From a virus (Duplodnaviria; Caudoviricetes), in IMG/VR virus record IMGVR_UViG_3300036781_000120, positions 1 to 51,016 of that record: a stretch of 51,016 nt of DNA; one strand, given 5' to 3'. A program made the translations under genes and the position numbers. Positions 10,351 to 20,163 of the stretch are shown in pieces (position 1 is the first letter of the stretch; each line of letters begins with the position of its first letter). A model generated the notes under the pieces. The model saw only the letters and a program-made list of their open reading frames with translations. It had not been told where the DNA came from and did no database searches.

Positions 10351-11825
10351 CCGCTAAAAGCAACGTTTACGGTAATATCGTAAGTAGATCCCGCCTCTGC
10401 TGTAAATGTGTTATTTATGTTAGCCCCGGGCACGTTGCTTGTTGAATGCTCATATATGTCTACTCCGTCTTTTTTGATGTTCAAATGCAAGTTACAAGGT
10501 TCATCCGGTGATAATTCTGCAAAAGCAATCCCTTCTATGCTATCCCCGTCCGCTACGGTATAACTCGCACTACCTGTAGAGTTTATGGCGGGCTGATCTA
10601 CACCGTTTATTTTTACAAGCCCGTTCGCATCCGCAAAAGGTGTAGTCGGTTCGGTTACATTTAAATTAACAATCGGCGCCGAAGGTGCTCCCCCGTCGCT
10701 TATTGCCACAAAATAATCGTTTCCGTAAACCTGATTCTGCGTAATGGTGTTAGTCGGGTCCGTCGTGGTTATGGTATTTATGGAATAGGTAAAAGTTCCA
10801 TTTGGTAACGAGCGGGCGGTAATGGCTCCGTAGCTTCCGGGCGAAGCTGCTGTAAGATTTAAATAACTGTTAATCTGAAAATCGTTTATATCGATAGTCA
10901 AAGTACTGTGTGCATCTACTACCGATTCGCTCAATAAAACGTCCGCGCTTGAATATTTATGTACGGTAAAGGCTACTGCGGTATTATTGATTAAAACGTA
11001 TTTTCCTGTTTTTAAAACTAATTGCGGTAACTGGCCGTACTTATTGATCCGGCTAAAAGGCTGATCGTAAAGCTCGATTTCACCTATATTAACTTTACTG
11101 TTTACCCGGACATTCGGAGAGTACAGAGTTTTATTAATATAGGTACGGCCGTTGATCTCGATATACGAAGCAATGAACAATGGAATACAGGCCATATTAG
11201 CCCCGTCGTCAAAGTAATAGGTTTGCAGTTTAACGGAGAAGTCCAGGTCGTAGTTATTGTTTCGCCTGGTGCCTGTAGACACTGCTTTCGTTTGATCGAC
11301 CGTTCCTTCGGGCGTATAGCTTTCAAGCGATAGATTTAAACGCAGCTGACAATAAAAATCAGGAACTACCGACCAGTCGTAATAAAAGCTATCCCGGCTA
11401 TTACGCCATTTAACCGAACAAGTGTAAAGGCCGGCGGTTGCCGCGTCGATAACCTGAAAGTAATTGCTTATGCACTTAGTCGTTAAAGTCGAAGTATTGT
11501 AAATTTCATACTGGTATTGTCCTGTAGCTAAAACAGGAACTGTAAACGCGGCATAAAGCCTGTACCCGGTCTGCAGGACTACCGCCTGCATAACATTACC
11601 GATTACCGTTCCGTCGGTTAACCTGAGCTCTAAATCGCTTACCTGGTCCCCGTCGTAAAAAGGGATATCAGAGTTAATATAAAAGCCCGTCTGTTCGCCG
11701 GAAACAAGTTGCGGTAAATAGCTTTTTGCGTCTGCTATGCCTAAACGGGGAATGTTTACCGATTGTTCATCGATAACGCTGCCGGAGTACCAGCGGAAAA
11801 AGTTATTATTGTTTATCTGGCTCAC
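10347..11825 (-). CDS. Tail structural protein (distal-tail-like, with C-terminal Ig-like/beta domains)
   Basis: 492 aa, beta-rich, between tail chaperone and tape measure; its GTG start overlaps the stop of the chaperone frameshift product. Confidence 0.5.
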   Translation of the reverse strand: MSQINNNNFFRWYSGSVIDEQSVNIPRLGIADAKSYLPQLVSGEQTGFYINSDIPFYDGDQVSDLELRLTDGTVIGNVMQAVVLQTGYRLYAAFTVPVLATGQYQYEIYNTSTLTTKCISNYFQVIDAATAGLYTCSVKWRNSRDSFYYDWSVVPDFYCQLRLNLSLESYTPEGTVDQTKAVSTGTRRNNNYDLDFSVKLQTYYFDDGANMACIPLFIASYIEINGRTYINKTLYSPNVRVNSKVNIGEIELYDQPFSRINKYGQLPQLVLKTGKYVLINNTAVAFTVHKYSSADVLLSESVVDAHSTLTIDINDFQINSYLNLTAASPGSYGAITARSLPNGTFTYSINTITTTDPTNTITQNQVYGNDYFVAISDGGAPSAPIVNLNVTEPTTPFADANGLVKINGVDQPAINSTGSASYTVADGDSIEGIAFAELSPDEPCNLHLNIKKDGVDIYEHSTSNVPGANINNTFTAEAGSTYDITVNVAFSG

Positions 11826-12184
11826 TTTTGCTTCATTTTATCGAGGTCCTCTTTCATTCTATCGTTGCGCTCTTTAAGCATTTCGATAGCAGTTCTAAAC
11901 TCAAACATACTAAAATTATGGGAATTTTGAATATTATTTTCCGATAAGGCGAATAAGGTTTTTTGATAACTCTTGTCCATTATCAGTAAAACGTTTTCTT
12001 TGTGGCCCTGCTTAAAGTTTTTAGGCTTATTAAAATCGAGTAGTTTGTTATAGGTGACCCGAATAGCTTCGGTCTGGTCTTCTTCTAAAATATCTTTACT
12101 GAGTAACTTAGCATATCGATAAAGTGTATCGTAATAACTCAGGTCCTCTTCCCTGTCGAAACTCTGCTTTAGCTGAGTATTAAC
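11822..12184 (-). CDS. -1 frameshift extension of the tail assembly chaperone (gpGT-like)
   Basis: Open -1 frame of 120 codons (VNTQLKQSFDREEDL...DKMKQK*) starting right after the slippery TTA AAA AAA AAG; no good start of its own near the 5' end. Confidence 0.85.
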   Translation of the reverse strand, partial: VNTQLKQSFDREEDLSYYDTLYRYAKLLSKDILEEDQTEAIRVTYNKLLDFNKPKNFKQGHKENVLLIMDKSYQKTLFALSENNIQNSHNFSMFEFRTAIEMLKERNDRMKEDLDKMKQK

Positions 12185-12579
12185 TTTTTTTTTAACAGGT
12201 CCACATAATCGGCTATTTCTTCGTGGGTAATCCCCGTTTCGGCTATCAGCTTAGAAAGTGTATTAATGTCGGTATCCGTAACGATTGATTGTTTCACGCC
12301 GTCAATATCGATGATCAGGCAGGCAAAGGCCATAGAAGTATAGCTGATCCCCTCGATAGCGCTATAAAGTGCTAAACGAAAATTGTTAAGCTCGTTACTC
12401 AGGTCTTCTTTACGATCATTTACGGCCATAGTCATAATTGTGTCGGTATGACCGATAACCGACATAGTATCCGAACCGATCCCGGCATCCAGGATAAGGC
12501 ATCGTTGAAATTTCTGGTAATTATATTCCGGTATTTTGTGGATATCCGGATCGAAAAGATTAATGTTTCTTATCAGCAT
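12169..12579 (-). CDS. Tail assembly chaperone (gpG-like)
   Basis: 136 aa ending LKKKLILS; A AAA AAG slippery heptamer at 12190-12184; located in the tail module. Confidence 0.8.
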   Translation of the reverse strand: MLIRNINLFDPDIHKIPEYNYQKFQRCLILDAGIGSDTMSVIGHTDTIMTMAVNDRKEDLSNELNNFRLALYSAIEGISYTSMAFACLIIDIDGVKQSIVTDTDINTLSKLIAETGITHEEIADYVDLLKKKLILS

Positions 12580-13139
12580 ACCGAATTACTTTGAACGTAA
12601 CTAACTGTAAATACTAATCTGAAACCCGCATTCGGATAAGAAAGCCATTGCGTATCAGCTTCTTTTTTCTCGATGGATTTTGCAGCGGACCGGTTGAGCC
12701 AGTAAGCAAATTCCGGGAATACCTGTGCGTACGTTTCGTCCGCATAGTCATCGATACTAAAAACGCGACCGTCTTGCTGTAAGATACTGATAACAGCGAA
12801 TTTTATTTCTTCCAGGGTAGCAGGTACGCCTCCAACGCTCAGTTGCCCCCAAAAAGTATAAGCGAATTGCCGTTTAATTGTTCCAATCATAAAGCGGTCA
12901 AACTCCCCGTACTTCTCGTGTCCGGCTGCTATGAAGTAGCTTTGCGCTGTACGCGTATCGTTTGGCAAACAATACTCATAGTCGCCGTTATCCAGTAACG
13001 CTTTAGGAATGCTTACAAGGCCTTTGGTGCCCCATATCTCACGGAAAATTTGAGCACGGCCGTAGCTTTTTTGGATATACGGTAACGCGGCCGCTATTTT
13101 AGCGGCTAAGTTTGAAAGTATGGTATCTACGCCGGTCAT
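12573..13139 (-). CDS. Putative tail terminator/completion protein
   Basis: 188 aa; synteny after the neck genes; C-terminal YPNAGFRLVFTVSY strand. Confidence 0.5.
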   Translation of the reverse strand: MTGVDTILSNLAAKIAAALPYIQKSYGRAQIFREIWGTKGLVSIPKALLDNGDYEYCLPNDTRTAQSYFIAAGHEKYGEFDRFMIGTIKRQFAYTFWGQLSVGGVPATLEEIKFAVISILQQDGRVFSIDDYADETYAQVFPEFAYWLNRSAAKSIEKKEADTQWLSYPNAGFRLVFTVSYVQSNSVC

Positions 13140-13369
13140 TTCTTAGCTATTCTGTAGTCTTCACCTAACGCGATTCGCAGTATTTCAAGTCCGCTCGTGT
13201 GGCCGTTTCTTATGCTTCTTTCTATTCGCAAAGCTATCTTAACTTCTAAAGGTGCTTCGGATATCATTACGAAAGTATCGGGCAATACTATGGTTACGTC
13301 TCGTTCGCCTATTTCAGATAAAATGTTTAAATTCTCTTTTACGATTTTATCAAGTTGGTTTTCATTCAT
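13136..13369 (-). CDS. Hypothetical protein
   Basis: 77 aa; ATGA-coupled within the neck operon. Confidence 0.6.
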   Translation of the reverse strand: MNENQLDKIVKENLNILSEIGERDVTIVLPDTFVMISEAPLEVKIALRIERSIRNGHTSGLEILRIALGEDYRIAKK

Positions 13370-13767
13370 GATATTTGTCTTTCAAGTTGGTTTATTACAA
13401 AGGGGGTAAGGTTTTGCGCCGCACTCTCAAATTCTGTATCAGGTAATCCGATTATATCTTTACCGTACCTGGTCATAAGCGAATCTGTTTTTTCGTTCGG
13501 ATCGATATAAACCATTTCGGTGTTATCCGTAATCACGTCCTCTTCGCCTCTGAACTCTCCGGTTAGCAATAAATCCACCGGCCGGAAACGGTTTTTATAT
13601 TTAAAGTTCTTATACTCCCCGAGGTCTTTGCCTGTACTGTCTAAACCCTTATCCAGTTGAGCGTCGTTCGGCTGTAAAACTATTTCCTTATTGTTGTTAA
13701 TAGCTTCAGCAACCGCAAAATTGCCGTCAATCCGGGATAAGTTCAGAAGTGCTTTTAGATCTATCAT
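13366..13767 (-). CDS. Putative neck/tail-completion (virion morphogenesis) protein
   Basis: 133 aa with VDLLLTGEF and LMTRYGKDIIGL motifs typical of neck proteins; synteny. Confidence 0.55.
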   Translation of the reverse strand: MIDLKALLNLSRIDGNFAVAEAINNNKEIVLQPNDAQLDKGLDSTGKDLGEYKNFKYKNRFRPVDLLLTGEFRGEEDVITDNTEMVYIDPNEKTDSLMTRYGKDIIGLPDTEFESAAQNLTPFVINQLERQIS

Positions 13768-13930
13768 TTTCCCACTGCTTTGCTTCCGAAGTTAACCGGA
13801 AAATATCTCTTTGCATTTGCTGACCTATATACGGCCTTTTTCTGTCTATCCCCGAAAGATTTTTATACTGTTTCCCTAAATCCGATAAAGTGGCCATGGC
13901 CAGTTTATATTCGTCTTCCGTTGTTATCAC
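13727..13930 (-). CDS. Hypothetical protein
   Basis: 67 aa; GTGA-coupled to the upstream gene. Confidence 0.5.
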   Translation of the reverse strand: MITTEDEYKLAMATLSDLGKQYKNLSGIDRKRPYIGQQMQRDIFRLTSEAKQWENDRSKSTSELIPD

Positions 13931-15024
13931 CCTAAATAAGTTTTTTTAACCCGCGCGTTATTTACGCAGGGTAAACATAATTCATTAAAACCGGACAGAT
14001 CCACGTTTAATGCTGCGATTATCTCTTCGTACTTCGCCTGCAGGCCTAATGAATCGTTTTGCTTATCCCCGTCGCGCAGGAATATAATCCCGTCTTTAAC
14101 CTGTTCCAGCAACGCGTTATTGCGTATGTTCATTAAAATATACGTAATAATGTCTAAAGCGTAACGCATAGACAGCGCATCGTAGAACATCGCTTTATTC
14201 CGGCAAACAAAATCCGATATATCACAGTTAACAGAGGCTTTAAAGTTGATCCCCCAGTTATTAAAATCCGTATAGTTTACTAGATTCGTATTAAACAGCA
14301 AATCACCATTTAAGTTATTAGCATCTACCCAAAAAGGTTGAACATTTAAATATTTTACGCGTTTTTGAAACTGCGTATAATAGTTTTCGTTGCAGCTGGT
14401 ACAGTTCGGTACGTTTACGTAATCCAGTGTTTTCTTAACGCTCTGAGCGGCGCCCATATCTGTCTCGAAATATCCCAGGTAATAAACGCCGTTATCCGAA
14501 GGCACCGGAATAGGTATTGTTAAACTTTGTACGTCCCCGTTTACCGAAGTATAGTTAAACGGGATATAAGGGGTTACGATATTATCGATTGTAAAATTAA
14601 CAGGCTGCGAAGTTTCAGAGTTGAACAAATAAAACTTCATATCCGGGCACGGCATGTCCGCCTGAAACGAGATATTGAAAATGTTTAGACTTATGTCGCT
14701 GTTCCACTTTAACGAAAGCATAAGACCTACGAAACGCCCCTGGTTAGCGTTCAGGTGATAGTTATCAGCCCTCCCGTTAAACAGGTTAAAATCCGTTAAT
14801 ACGCTTTTTACGTTATTGGTTATTTTCTTGATCCGAATAACGTCCCCCATGAACTTAGTAACGCTACCGGTCTTTAAAGCCGTTAAGATTGCTGCCTGAT
14901 CTCCACCCTGTGGAATAGACTTTCCGATAACGTCGTCCGTTAAATAGGTAGGTGCGTATATCGCCGCGTCACTGAGTGCAACGGTAGGCGAAAGGCAGGT
15001 ATTAACGGCTGAAGGTATGTACAT
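13927..15024 (-). CDS. Putative head-tail adaptor/connector protein
   Basis: 365 aa; first large gene after the capsid gene; helical C-terminus ending in a CLPC motif. Confidence 0.5.
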   Translation of the reverse strand: MYIPSAVNTCLSPTVALSDAAIYAPTYLTDDVIGKSIPQGGDQAAILTALKTGSVTKFMGDVIRIKKITNNVKSVLTDFNLFNGRADNYHLNANQGRFVGLMLSLKWNSDISLNIFNISFQADMPCPDMKFYLFNSETSQPVNFTIDNIVTPYIPFNYTSVNGDVQSLTIPIPVPSDNGVYYLGYFETDMGAAQSVKKTLDYVNVPNCTSCNENYYTQFQKRVKYLNVQPFWVDANNLNGDLLFNTNLVNYTDFNNWGINFKASVNCDISDFVCRNKAMFYDALSMRYALDIITYILMNIRNNALLEQVKDGIIFLRDGDKQNDSLGLQAKYEEIIAALNVDLSGFNELCLPCVNNARVKKTYLG

Positions 15025-15056
15025 TTATAAATGTGATTAATAAACCAAACCTACAA

Positions 15057-15287
15057 TTAAATATTTACATTTCCAACGGGTAGCCATTTCTCTATCGGAC
15101 AGATTTCCCGCTTTACGCGTAACTTCGCTTCCAGCTGGCAACCGCATAAGCCGCAGTACTCCCCGTAGCCTACCTGTGACTTTAAATTAGGGCATTCCGC
15201 ACATACCTTATGCCGCTCGTCGAAAAGTTCTTGGTTAGCGCCGGTTATGCGTTTAACCTGGCCGGATATGATGCGGGGTAAGTTCAT
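15057..15287 (-). CDS. Small Cys-rich (Zn-binding) protein
   Basis: CAECP...CGLCGC...CPIEKW pattern. Confidence 0.65.
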   Translation of the reverse strand: MNLPRIISGQVKRITGANQELFDERHKVCAECPNLKSQVGYGEYCGLCGCQLEAKLRVKREICPIEKWLPVGNVNI

Positions 15288-15619
15288 GACCCTAATACGT
15301 CTTCGATTGTGGTTTTACTTTTATCGGTGGGTCGGAAATTCTGCATAAGTGATTTACACATTTTACGCTCTACAAATTCAATATGCAGCCTAAACCACAA
15401 AAAGAAAATTGTATAGGCGTAGGTAACCATAAACGCCTGACAAGCGTAGACGTCGCTTCCGTAACCACCCTCGAACCGGTGTTCGTGCATACTCTTAGAA
15501 AAACCATTTCCTGTAGGTAGCAAATAACAATGTTTGCTTAACAATAATTTGATCTTGGGAAAATTGTTTGTGAAAGACGGTTTTTCGATAATCAGGTACT
15601 TTCCGTAATAGCTTTTCAT
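15284..15619 (-). CDS. Hypothetical moron protein
   Basis: Start revised to ATG 15619 because it follows TATTTTTG-GGAAACCAACAAAACTATT-ATG, downstream of the capsid terminator. Confidence 0.6.
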   Translation of the reverse strand: MKSYYGKYLIIEKPSFTNNFPKIKLLLSKHCYLLPTGNGFSKSMHEHRFEGGYGSDVYACQAFMVTYAYTIFFLWFRLHIEFVERKMCKSLMQNFRPTDKSKTTIEDVLGS

Positions 15620-15644
15620 AATAGTTTTGTTGGTTTCCCAAAAA

Positions 15645-15676
15645 TAAGAAAACCCCTGCATAAATGCAAGGGTATC
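15645..15676 (-). terminator. Intrinsic terminator after the major capsid gene
   Basis: ACCCTTGCA-TTTA-TGCAGGGGT followed by TTTCTTATTTTT on the minus strand. Confidence 0.75.
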
Positions 15677-15716
15677 TTTTCTTCAATTAGTAAACCAACT
15701 ATTATGAAAACAATCT

Positions 15717-16745
15717 TTAAACCGCTGCTGCGATCTGATATTTTAAAATACTTGACTTGTTTGCGTCTGAGCTGTATTGCTTCATAAACGCAAAGCTGGC
15801 ACGGTATGACCATACCTGGGTATACTGACCACCAACGCAATTGTATTTGTAATACACCTGCCATTCCATACCCATGATCGGATCGACTTGTTTTTTCCAG
15901 CCCTCAGCACCCGGTATAATTGTGATTTCGTTCTTAGCCTCGTAAGGTAACCAGTTATAAACACCTACGCCGCCCATAGGGACTAAAAAGTGTGTTTCCT
16001 GGATGCTACCATCATTTGCGGTTGGCACGAAGTTAGAGCGATACTGCCCACGCGCTAAAGCCGGCGTAATAGCGTATGCCAGGTTAACGCCGTTTCCGTC
16101 GCCCTGATTAGCGATAAACTCGTAATTAGGTGTTGCTTCAGTGTTGGCAAGATCCGCAGGCATACCGGGGATAACGTTACGCTGAAATATGGTAGAAACC
16201 TTACTGTAAAAAGTTTGTTTCTGGTTATCCGGTACGGTGAAAACACCCCCGGCAAAAGTAGAAGCCGGGAACAACGAAGTAGGCGAAAGGTTAGTAAGCG
16301 ATTTGTTGGTTTCAAGGAAAGCAACGGCGTCGGCTTCCAAAACATCCGCATAGGTGTTTAAAAACCCTTGCTTCATCTGCCAGGCCAAATCTTCGGCCGC
16401 GGTGATATAGTTACCCGCGTTTATGGCCGGCGTAATACCTATGTCAAAACCTGTAGTTACGTAGGTAACCGGAACGAAAGCAGAAGTACTGCCGTCGGGG
16501 CTAACATCGCAAGTATAGGAGTTGTAATAAGTGGTTGTCATTTTGTTAAGCACAGGGATTTTTTCCGGCTGAACGTATGACTTTTTAAGCTCTTCGATTT
16601 GTGATTTCGGGAGCAAGATATCGGCGCCGTCCTTAAAAAGTTTAAAGGCTCCGTATTTGTCTTCCCTGCCTTCGTAATCTTTGAAGGTTTTGTCGTTACC
16701 GACCTGGATTATTGCGTCCTGTAGGACGGTTGCTGCTAATGACAT
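15717..16745 (-). CDS. Major capsid protein
   Basis: 342 aa directly after a scaffold-like gene, followed by a strong terminator; size and position typical. Confidence 0.75.
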   Translation of the reverse strand: MSLAATVLQDAIIQVGNDKTFKDYEGREDKYGAFKLFKDGADILLPKSQIEELKKSYVQPEKIPVLNKMTTTYYNSYTCDVSPDGSTSAFVPVTYVTTGFDIGITPAINAGNYITAAEDLAWQMKQGFLNTYADVLEADAVAFLETNKSLTNLSPTSLFPASTFAGGVFTVPDNQKQTFYSKVSTIFQRNVIPGMPADLANTEATPNYEFIANQGDGNGVNLAYAITPALARGQYRSNFVPTANDGSIQETHFLVPMGGVGVYNWLPYEAKNEITIIPGAEGWKKQVDPIMGMEWQVYYKYNCVGGQYTQVWSYRASFAFMKQYSSDANKSSILKYQIAAAV

Positions 16746-16785
16746 AATGAGATTGCGTTAATAAGTTAAAAATTAGTTAATTTAT

Positions 16786-16806
16786 TGCAACAACCCCTTT
16801 ATTGCA
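16786..16806 (-). promoter_or_regulatory. AGGGG-loop leader hairpin, copy upstream of major capsid gene
   Basis: Minus strand TGCAATAA-AGGGG-TTGTTGCA. Confidence 0.6.
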
Positions 16807-16828
16807 GAAAAGAACCTGTATTTATAGC

Positions 16829-17722
16829 TTACAGGGTTAGCTTATTTGATTCTGCTAATTCGTTGGCCCGTTTCATGTAATCCGGAGATCCCATTGTAAG
16901 GCCTTCTTTAGCTAATTGTTGGTATAGATCGGCTTTACTCGTTAAAGTAACAAGTTCGCCTCCTTTACCCCCTTTCGATCCGGACCCGCCTTTATCGACG
17001 GCTACGAAATCATATTTAAAATCTTTGTTTAACAGAAACTTAGCGTCCGCAACTTCTGTTCCGTTCATCTGGACATTGCCTTCTGAATCTGTAAACACAA
17101 TTTTGTTATCCTTCTCTTCGATTTTATACTTAGAAAGAAACAAGGCTTTTTGTTGGGCCTGCTTTTCTTTTATAAAATCGGCTTTGTCCTTATCCGCTAC
17201 CTGGGCAGGGACTGACACCTGTAATTCTGCATAAGCGCGATCTAGTTGCTGATTAGTCTTGAACGACATTTCTTTTGCGGAGAAAGTCTTTGTGAGTTCA
17301 TCTTTTTCAGCCAGTAAATCACTTACCTGCTTTTCAAAAGCTGCAATCTGGGCTTTAGTAACGTCATCGGTTTTACCCTCTGTAGCTAATTTCAGCTTGT
17401 CTTCCAGTTCTTTAATTTTTAAGTCGATCAGGCCGGGAGCTTTTTTAATCATATCATAGACTTTTTCGTCTTTATGATCTTTTTTAATCCCGTACTTGCT
17501 CAAACTTTCTAAAATATCCTTTTCGATATTTCCGTAAAGCTCTGCGGTTTTTGGCCCCAGGCGTTTACCAAATTCTTTTTCGTCGTCTTCGGCTGACCGA
17601 ACGACAAACCCTTTTCCCTTAACATATTCCGGTAATTCGGAATCATACTCATTAAATATTTGCGTTTTTAACTCTGCATTCTCCGCAACCCCTTCGCGGA
17701 TTTGCTCGATTGTTACTGCCAT
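16829..17722 (-). CDS. Capsid scaffolding protein
   Basis: 297 aa, charged coiled-coil, with a GGSGSKGGKGG linker before a short C-terminal helical domain; precedes the capsid gene. Confidence 0.75.
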   Translation of the reverse strand: MAVTIEQIREGVAENAELKTQIFNEYDSELPEYVKGKGFVVRSAEDDEKEFGKRLGPKTAELYGNIEKDILESLSKYGIKKDHKDEKVYDMIKKAPGLIDLKIKELEDKLKLATEGKTDDVTKAQIAAFEKQVSDLLAEKDELTKTFSAKEMSFKTNQQLDRAYAELQVSVPAQVADKDKADFIKEKQAQQKALFLSKYKIEEKDNKIVFTDSEGNVQMNGTEVADAKFLLNKDFKYDFVAVDKGGSGSKGGKGGELVTLTSKADLYQQLAKEGLTMGSPDYMKRANELAESNKLTL

Positions 17723-17731
17723 ATTTTATTA

Positions 17732-18298
17732 TTAAATGTTGGTTACGTTTTGTAGGTCTTCGTTAAGGTCTTTGAGGGTTTTACCCTGAGCAGTCAAAGG
17801 GCCGCCGTCTTTCTGCTTGGCAGTATACAGCGTTTTAGCTGAATTCTGGAAAACTTCAAAAACGATCTCGTTAACAGTGATTTCGCGAATAGGCTGCGAA
17901 GCTTTTTCCGTTTTCTTATTGGCCTCTTCGTTTTCTAAGGATAGATTTATGCTGGCTGTTTGGGTATCCTCTCTCGGTGCGTTGCCTGTAGGAGCAGAAA
18001 CGGTTTTACCGTCTACTGCATTCCCGTTTTCGTCACGTTCCGGGTTATAGAGCACTTCGGTTTTTAAACCCATGCGGATAAAAGCGTTTTGTTTACCGCC
18101 TTCGCGGCCTTCTTCGCGAATAAATTCGTCGTATACTTCAGGATCGTAATACTGGTGCTTAATGGAAGCAGTGTTCAAATCGGAACTGTTTGCATGTAGC
18201 CTATAATGAGCTACCAGCACCTTGCCCGGAACTATCGCCGGCGCCTTCGCCTGCAGTTTCGAGATCAACTCCGTATTGCTTGATGTATTCGTTGACAT
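17732..18298 (-). CDS. Hypothetical head-module protein
   Basis: 188 aa between portal and scaffold; overlaps the portal 3' end by 98 nt. Confidence 0.6.
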   Translation of the reverse strand: MSTNTSSNTELISKLQAKAPAIVPGKVLVAHYRLHANSSDLNTASIKHQYYDPEVYDEFIREEGREGGKQNAFIRMGLKTEVLYNPERDENGNAVDGKTVSAPTGNAPREDTQTASINLSLENEEANKKTEKASQPIREITVNEIVFEVFQNSAKTLYTAKQKDGGPLTAQGKTLKDLNEDLQNVTNI

Positions 18299-20021
18299 AC
18301 TCTAAAAGTTTACTTTTTATGATTTGAATTTTCTTTGAAGGCGTTAAAAGCGAACCAAAATCAATAATATCTCCGTTCTCGTCTTCGAATTGTGCGATAA
18401 AGATTGAAAAATTATATTTAAGTTCAAAATTAATTTGCGATATTTTATTTTGAAAATATAATTTACTTATGTCGGCTTCAGCGTAATTCGGGTAAGGTTC
18501 TAGCTTTTCTAGTATTTTCATGCGCTGCATCATGCGCGGATTATTCGAATATTCCGTTACGTTCATCTCTTCCCGTATCAGGTTAATTTCGTACTGGGGG
18601 GCGTTACTTTTTACAGCGCCGTCCAAACGCGCTTGCATCTCTTCGGTTGTTAGCAGTAAAAAGCGAGTACCCAGGTTAACCACCGATCCGGTATAAGCCG
18701 ATTCGTATTGTAGCTTCCCGATAGTATCCATGCAAAATTTAATCGCGCGTTCGAAATTCCGTTTTACCCGCAATAAAATCGTTTGCCGGTCTTCGTACAT
18801 ACTGGTAACCTGCTTTTCGTTCATAGCTTCTTTCGAAGGGTCCTGAACCGCACCGATACATGACTGTATAATATTATTTTTCCGGCTTTCGATTTTCGTA
18901 TCGATGTACTGCAGCGTTTCGGTTGGCGCCGGAATTATCTTAACAACATTATCGACGTCAAACTTTCCGTCAACATCCGGTTGCGCCTCGTAAGCAGATC
19001 CCGCGCCTACCAGGTGATTCTGAGAGCACACAGGGCAAGCTATCTGGTAATTACCCCCGGCACTTCCGTACAGTTCCATACCTGGTGCGTTTGCTGCCAG
19101 GCGCGTTATGAACCCCGCATTACAGCGATTGCCCTGTTCGTCCTGGTAAGTACATTCTGTTTTAGGGATAACGTGAATAGGGTATGAGGCGTAATCTTCG
19201 AGGTTTTCCCCGGATATGATACGGAAAAGTAATTTTTCCATAGGGTAAAGCACCTTAGTAACCGGGCTTTCTTTAATAATCGGTTGCTTGTTATCTAGCG
19301 CGTCGTCGATCAGGAATTTAGCCGGGCAATACCCTAGACCGTGAAAACCGACGGTTACGTGAATGTCGTCTATCTGCCATTCGTTTTTAACCACAACCCC
19401 GTTTGCATCGATCATTTTCGGGTAGGTGTAAAAATTCTGGTCGTCGATAGCAACTAAATCCCCGTTCTCGTTTACAAAGATATAATCCAGAAAAGTTATA
19501 CCGTCGCTGTCTAAAGTTAAATCCTTAGTGGCGGTGATATCAATAGCGCAAATGTAGGGTTGTGGCCTGCTGCCAACTTGTTTAACGGTCATATCGATAA
19601 CCATTACGCAGTTTGGCTGGTCGCGGAACGCTTGCCAAGCGGTTGTTTGCCAGAAATCGGTAAAGCCTAATTCCTGCAAATATTCCGTAAATTCCTGTTC
19701 CAGGTCTTCGCTTGATAGGATCGGGTAGATAGCTTTGTTCTGGGCATCAAAGATTTTGTAAAGACCGCTATAAATAACGTCCGCCGTTTCCATAATTGGA
19801 AGCGGGAACGTTAATTCGGTAAGGTATTTTTGATATTTAGGTATAGGTAATAAATTACTTATACGCTGTAAATGCGTGGCGGTGTAGGTAGGCCGGTTAT
19901 ATTCAAGGCACTTTTTAACGCAGAATTTGACACGATCTTCGTGAAGTGCTGCGATATTAAGCTGGTCCCGATTGTTCGGTTTCGCTATTCTCGCTTTTAC
20001 TTCTTCGGACGATAATGCCAT
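18201..20021 (-). CDS. Portal protein
   Basis: 606 aa, largely helical, upstream of scaffold and capsid; HGLGYCPAKF portal-like motif; Cys-rich insertion (C..C...CPVC). Confidence 0.75.
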   Translation of the reverse strand: MALSSEEVKARIAKPNNRDQLNIAALHEDRVKFCVKKCLEYNRPTYTATHLQRISNLLPIPKYQKYLTELTFPLPIMETADVIYSGLYKIFDAQNKAIYPILSSEDLEQEFTEYLQELGFTDFWQTTAWQAFRDQPNCVMVIDMTVKQVGSRPQPYICAIDITATKDLTLDSDGITFLDYIFVNENGDLVAIDDQNFYTYPKMIDANGVVVKNEWQIDDIHVTVGFHGLGYCPAKFLIDDALDNKQPIIKESPVTKVLYPMEKLLFRIISGENLEDYASYPIHVIPKTECTYQDEQGNRCNAGFITRLAANAPGMELYGSAGGNYQIACPVCSQNHLVGAGSAYEAQPDVDGKFDVDNVVKIIPAPTETLQYIDTKIESRKNNIIQSCIGAVQDPSKEAMNEKQVTSMYEDRQTILLRVKRNFERAIKFCMDTIGKLQYESAYTGSVVNLGTRFLLLTTEEMQARLDGAVKSNAPQYEINLIREEMNVTEYSNNPRMMQRMKILEKLEPYPNYAEADISKLYFQNKISQINFELKYNFSIFIAQFEDENGDIIDFGSLLTPSKKIQIIKSKLLEYVNEYIKQYGVDLETAGEGAGDSSGQGAGSSL

Positions 20022-20163
20022 CTTTGTTTTGTGTAAAGTTTTTGTCCTTTAATTCCCAGCCGCTATTTTTAAACCGCGCAAAAAGCCTGTTCGCGTGTTC
20101 CAGGTCATGTGGGCGATCTTCGTTAAGCTCCGCGCTGTATAAGTTAACCTGTGTGTTTGCCAT
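19957..20163 (-). CDS. Hypothetical small protein
   Basis: 68 aa; TAATG-coupled to the upstream gene. Confidence 0.6.
   Translation of the reverse strand: MANTQVNLYSAELNEDRPHDLEHANRLFARFKNSGWELKDKNFTQNKDGIIVRRSKSENSETEQSGPA

Noticed and set aside
18201-18298. 98-nt overlap of portal with the next gene as a possible frameshift
   Set aside because: The downstream ORF has its own ATG, no slippery site was seen, and the portal tail is low complexity, consistent with an ordinary overlap.
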